DNA of 64,000 nt from an uncultured Candidatus Saccharibacteria bacterium (GTDB lineage: Bacteria; Patescibacteriota; Minisyncoccia; Phycocordibacterales; UBA5272), in assembly GCA_964577675.1 (NCBI GenBank), contig CAZNZQ010000001.1, positions 5,875 through 69,874 of the forward strand, in the 5' to 3' direction. Shown here in pieces: positions 60,820 to 64,000 of this stretch. A model generated the notes under the pieces. It searched no databases, was not told where the DNA came from, and saw only the letters and a list, made by a program, of their open reading frames with translations. A program made the position numbers and the translations under genes. The stretch's first letter is position 1. Every line of letters begins with the position of its first letter.

Positions 60820-61953
60820 TTAGTGGTGGTGATGAGTATGCGAAGCGTGAGTAACACTGTCGTCTTTCTTCATCAAAAAAACTGCGATGAGTGTGGTGAG
60901 TGGCACGGCAGCTAATAGCCCGAGAGACCCAACGACCGTCCTCACAATCTCTGTTGTAATAACCTCGCTATTAATAAGCTGAATAGTGGGTGTCTCGCTC
61001 ACATAGAGTAAAAGTACCAGCGGGAGAGAAGCTCCAGTGTACGCGAGTATTAGCGTGTTCACGACAGCACCCATATGATCCTTGCCAACTTTCATTGCTC
61101 TAAAATATAACTCCCCTCTTGAGAGGTGCTCGCCTGCGCTCTTTAACTCCATTACAACAGAAGCTTGGGTGATGGTAATATCGTCTATTACACCTATAAC
61201 ACCTATGATAATTCCACCGATTAAAAGCGCGACAAAGTCTAGTCCACCTTTTGTTGCAAGGTTAAGGAACACAGACTCTTCTGATGCAAACCCCGTAAGA
61301 GCTGTAGCCTTAACGGCAAATGTAGCTGCCACAAGCGTTACAAGCACCGAGCCTACACACCCTAGATACGCAGAGACAGTTAGCCTAGAAATACCGTGCG
61401 TAAGGAACATCACAACAAAGAGAGATAGGAGAGCCCCAAGTGTTGAGATAACGACAATATTCGCACCCGTCAGTATCCCTGGGAACAAAATTTTAAATAT
61501 AAAACCGAAAGAAACAAAGAGTGCAACAAGAGAAAGGAACCCTTGCCTCCCCCCAATCACTACTACCGCCACAACAAATATTCCAAAGAGTAACAAAATT
61601 GTAGGGAACCTGTAGATATCAAAGACACTAAAGTATTCTGTCCCGTCACTGGAGAGTACGTACCTAACATATACCCTGTCTCCGGCTTTTATATCAAAAG
61701 TAGAGTCTGTTATCTCGCTTTCCTTGCCTTTCAAGTCACCTTCTAAAAAACGAACCTTAATTGTCGAATAGGAAGCACTTGTCTCAGTATTAGGAACAAC
61801 TTTTTCCGAAGAAGAAACAACTGATATAACCAGAGCCTTCTCTACAGTCTCTTTACCTTCCACAAACTGTGTTGGTTCGTTAACAGCAAATGTAGACGAA
61901 GTGAAGCTCGCTGTAAGCAATAAGGAGATGAGGACTATGCGCAGCTTTTGCAT
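60820..61953 (-). CDS. YibE/F family membrane protein
   Basis: GVIDDITITQAS, GKDHMGAVVNTLILAY; His-rich C-terminus. Confidence 0.88.
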   Translation of the reverse strand: MQKLRIVLISLLLTASFTSSTFAVNEPTQFVEGKETVEKALVISVVSSSEKVVPNTETSASYSTIKVRFLEGDLKGKESEITDSTFDIKAGDRVYVRYVLSSDGTEYFSVFDIYRFPTILLLFGIFVVAVVVIGGRQGFLSLVALFVSFGFIFKILFPGILTGANIVVISTLGALLSLFVVMFLTHGISRLTVSAYLGCVGSVLVTLVAATFAVKATALTGFASEESVFLNLATKGGLDFVALLIGGIIIGVIGVIDDITITQASVVMELKSAGEHLSRGELYFRAMKVGKDHMGAVVNTLILAYTGASLPLVLLLYVSETPTIQLINSEVITTEIVRTVVGSLGLLAAVPLTTLIAVFLMKKDDSVTHASHTHHHH

Positions 61954-62363
61954 AGGCCGTATATCTCTATTGAATGTGTAGTGGTGTTCTTGAACTTCTT
62001 ACTTTTCTTGAGCATCTTCTTAATTGCGTCTTCGACGGAGATGCCTTCTATTTTTTCTATCGTCTCACATTTACCACACACTATTTGGTGAGACGCCCTT
62101 CCAGTTTCTAGTTCGTAATGAGCGTGGCCATGGTTAAAATCAAGCCTGCGAAGAAGCCCAGACTCATGAAGTGAGTTTAAATTACGATAAACAGTTGCCT
62201 GGTCGATGTTTTCCTTCTTACGGAGAAGCTCAACTAGCTCATACACTGTGATCGGCTGCTTTTGACGAGCGACAATATCTAATACGAGCAACCTGTGATC
62301 AGTCACACGAAGCCCGGCCTCTTGAACCATCGTCTTAAGTTCATCTTTTGCGTATGTCGCCAT
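61935..62363 (-). CDS. Fur-family regulator (Zur-like)
   Basis: ATVYRNL, HQIVCGKC, C-terminal CKSC. Confidence 0.9.
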   Translation of the reverse strand: MATYAKDELKTMVQEAGLRVTDHRLLVLDIVARQKQPITVYELVELLRKKENIDQATVYRNLNSLHESGLLRRLDFNHGHAHYELETGRASHQIVCGKCETIEKIEGISVEDAIKKMLKKSKKFKNTTTHSIEIYGLCKSCA

Positions 62364-62401
62364 ATACCAACATACTATCATGTCTTGTCTATGTTTGCTA
62401 A

Positions 62402-62416
62402 TGCGAATCTTTTGCA
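62402..62416. promoter_or_regulatory. Putative Fur/Zur operator
   Basis: TGCGAA-tct-TTTGCA imperfect palindrome between divergent fur and ZIP genes; similar TGCGAA-cta-CTTGCG at 63122-63136. Confidence 0.5.
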
Positions 62417-62450
62417 AAAAATAGCCTAAGCGAGTATACTTGGGTACACA

Positions 62451-63113
62451 ATGACTACAATACTTATTACCTTCTTTAGCGCCTTAGCACTCCCAGTTCT
62501 TGCGGTAATTGCTATTCTCCTTCGTAAAGAGCTCATATCGGGGAAGGCGAAACTTCTCATGCTTGGGGTCGGCATTCTACTCCTCTCATACGCAGTGGTA
62601 TCTGACATCTTGCATCACGGCGAAGAGTTTGGACCGAGAGAATTAATAGCTTCTTTTATAGTTGGAGGAATAACTCTTTTTATTCTGGCGTCGTTTAACA
62701 GATATCATAAGCACTCTCCTGCCGAAGGAGGGGTAAAAGGTATTGTAGTGAGCGAAGCATTCCACTCCCTTATCGACGGCGCTGTAATTGGTGCGACTTA
62801 CCTAGTTAACCCAGTCTTGGGGGGCGCTGCAACTTTAGGAATAATCGTTCACGAATTTCCTAAGATACTTGGGACACTCGCCCTATTCCGAGGACTCAAT
62901 CTTTCTATTAAAAGGACGATTATATATGGCGCACTCGCTCAAGGGGGAGCACCAGTTGCGGCGCTCTTCATCTACCTTCTCGGAAAAGAAGTTGACCCTG
63001 AGCAATTCCATACGCTTGAGATTGCTAGTCTCGCATCACTTGCAACAATTATTCTTTGGATAATCTACCTAGAAATAAAGCACCATAGGAAGCATCCTAG
63101 ACACTCTCACTAA
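62451..63113 (+). CDS. ZIP-family metal transporter
   Basis: HSLIDG and HEFP motifs, His-rich loops. Confidence 0.82.
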   Translation: MTTILITFFSALALPVLAVIAILLRKELISGKAKLLMLGVGILLLSYAVVSDILHHGEEFGPRELIASFIVGGITLFILASFNRYHKHSPAEGGVKGIVVSEAFHSLIDGAVIGATYLVNPVLGGAATLGIIVHEFPKILGTLALFRGLNLSIKRTIIYGALAQGGAPVAALFIYLLGKEVDPEQFHTLEIASLASLATIILWIIYLEIKHHRKHPRHSH

Positions 63114-63167
63114 AACACATTTGCGAACTACTTGCGTTTATAGAGTCTCTATAGTACGATTGGTCCT

Positions 63168-64000
63168 ATGATACTTGGCTTTTTAGGAAAAGGAGGTAGC
63201 GGGAAAAGCACTCTCTCCTACAGATACATACAACTACTCAACAAAAAAGAGGAGGTCGTTTTAGCGGTAGACGCAGACCATAACATGGACCTAACCTATA
63301 ACCTTGGAGTAAACGAGGAGTTTAATTATATGGGCGGAGCACAAACTGATATCCGGGTAATGCATGGCGCACAAGAAGACGATGCCCCTTCTGCTTTGGC
63401 ACTACTGGAAAAAACACCCACTTTCACTATTTCCCCAAAGGATGCCTTTACTCAGAAATATTCCTACTCTATTTCCCCTAACCTGTCCTTGATGACCGCA
63501 GGTCCTCATACTGACGATCAGCTCTATGGACAAGCCTGTAGTCACTGGCTCACTACAGCCATAAAAGTATACTTGCCTCACGTATCCCTCAAAGAAAGGG
63601 AGCACGTTGTTGTTGATGAACGAGCGGGAGTAGATGGGGTTGGAACTGGGATGACTCTAGGGTGGCATGCGGCAATAATAGTCGCAGAAGCCACAGAACA
63701 TGGTATAAAAGCTGCTAATCAGATCGCAAAAATGGTTTCCTTTTTTGGAACACCATATGAGTTCGCTCTCAATAAGGTACGAGAGACTGACGATGTTAGC
63801 GAACTACACAAGAAACTAATTAAGCCTGCCATATTTGTATTTATGCTAGAGCCTGCAATGACAAGAAAAGAGGACGCAGTCACTGAATCATTTGAACAAG
63901 AGTTAGAAAAAATATACACATGGGAGCAGAAGCTAAAAGAGTTACAAGACGACCGACTTGAAAGAACTAAAGAAAAGGTTCTTGCCAACAAAAACTATGA
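63168..64000 (+). CDS. CooC/MinD-like P-loop ATPase, 3'-truncated by the window edge (absent from the ORF track)
   Basis: MILGFLGKGGSGKST, DADHNMDL, GQACSH, VVDERAG; no stop before the window end. Confidence 0.8.
   Translation, partial: MILGFLGKGGSGKSTLSYRYIQLLNKKEEVVLAVDADHNMDLTYNLGVNEEFNYMGGAQTDIRVMHGAQEDDAPSALALLEKTPTFTISPKDAFTQKYSYSISPNLSLMTAGPHTDDQLYGQACSHWLTTAIKVYLPHVSLKEREHVVVDERAGVDGVGTGMTLGWHAAIIVAEATEHGIKAANQIAKMVSFFGTPYEFALNKVRETDDVSELHKKLIKPAIFVFMLEPAMTRKEDAVTESFEQELEKIYTWEQKLKELQDDRLERTKEKVLANKNY

Overview
A 64-kb bacterial chromosome segment in genetic code 11. Gene content and style suggest a Patescibacteria/CPR (Parcubacteria-like) organism; this is an inference from the short SMC, minimal RF2, short AtpH, SD-less genes and the cohesin/dockerin surface cluster. 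From left to right: (1) an alpha-glucan utilisation operon (GH57, GH15, PGI/PMI, ROK kinase) and an FAD oxidoreductase; (2) a ~14-kb minus-strand cell-surface cluster with cohesin- and dockerin-like proteins, a DUF916-like protein, three secreted proteins sharing a C-terminal YVATAN[F/Y] domain, a serine hydrolase and a Ser/Thr-rich protein; (3) an AT-rich island (~20.1-27.6 kb) with a large serine recombinase, a HEPN-like gene pair, a type II R-M system and DUF2130, ending at tRNA-Gln(CTG) in a tandem array of att-like repeats; (4) housekeeping genes (Pif1-like helicase, ftsE and ftsX with one nonsense codon, prfB, rarA); (5) a tRNA-Thr(GGT) split by a 183-nt group I intron, next to a decayed free-standing LAGLIDADG-like gene; (6) trmD-khpA-rpsP, two histidine kinase/receiver pairs beside an acyl-ACP-reductase-like gene, rnr, smc and uppP; (7) the F1Fo ATP synthase operon with an inserted Nudix gene; (8) a Fur/ZIP/CooC-like metal cluster. 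All family calls come from reading motifs by eye; no database searches were run.
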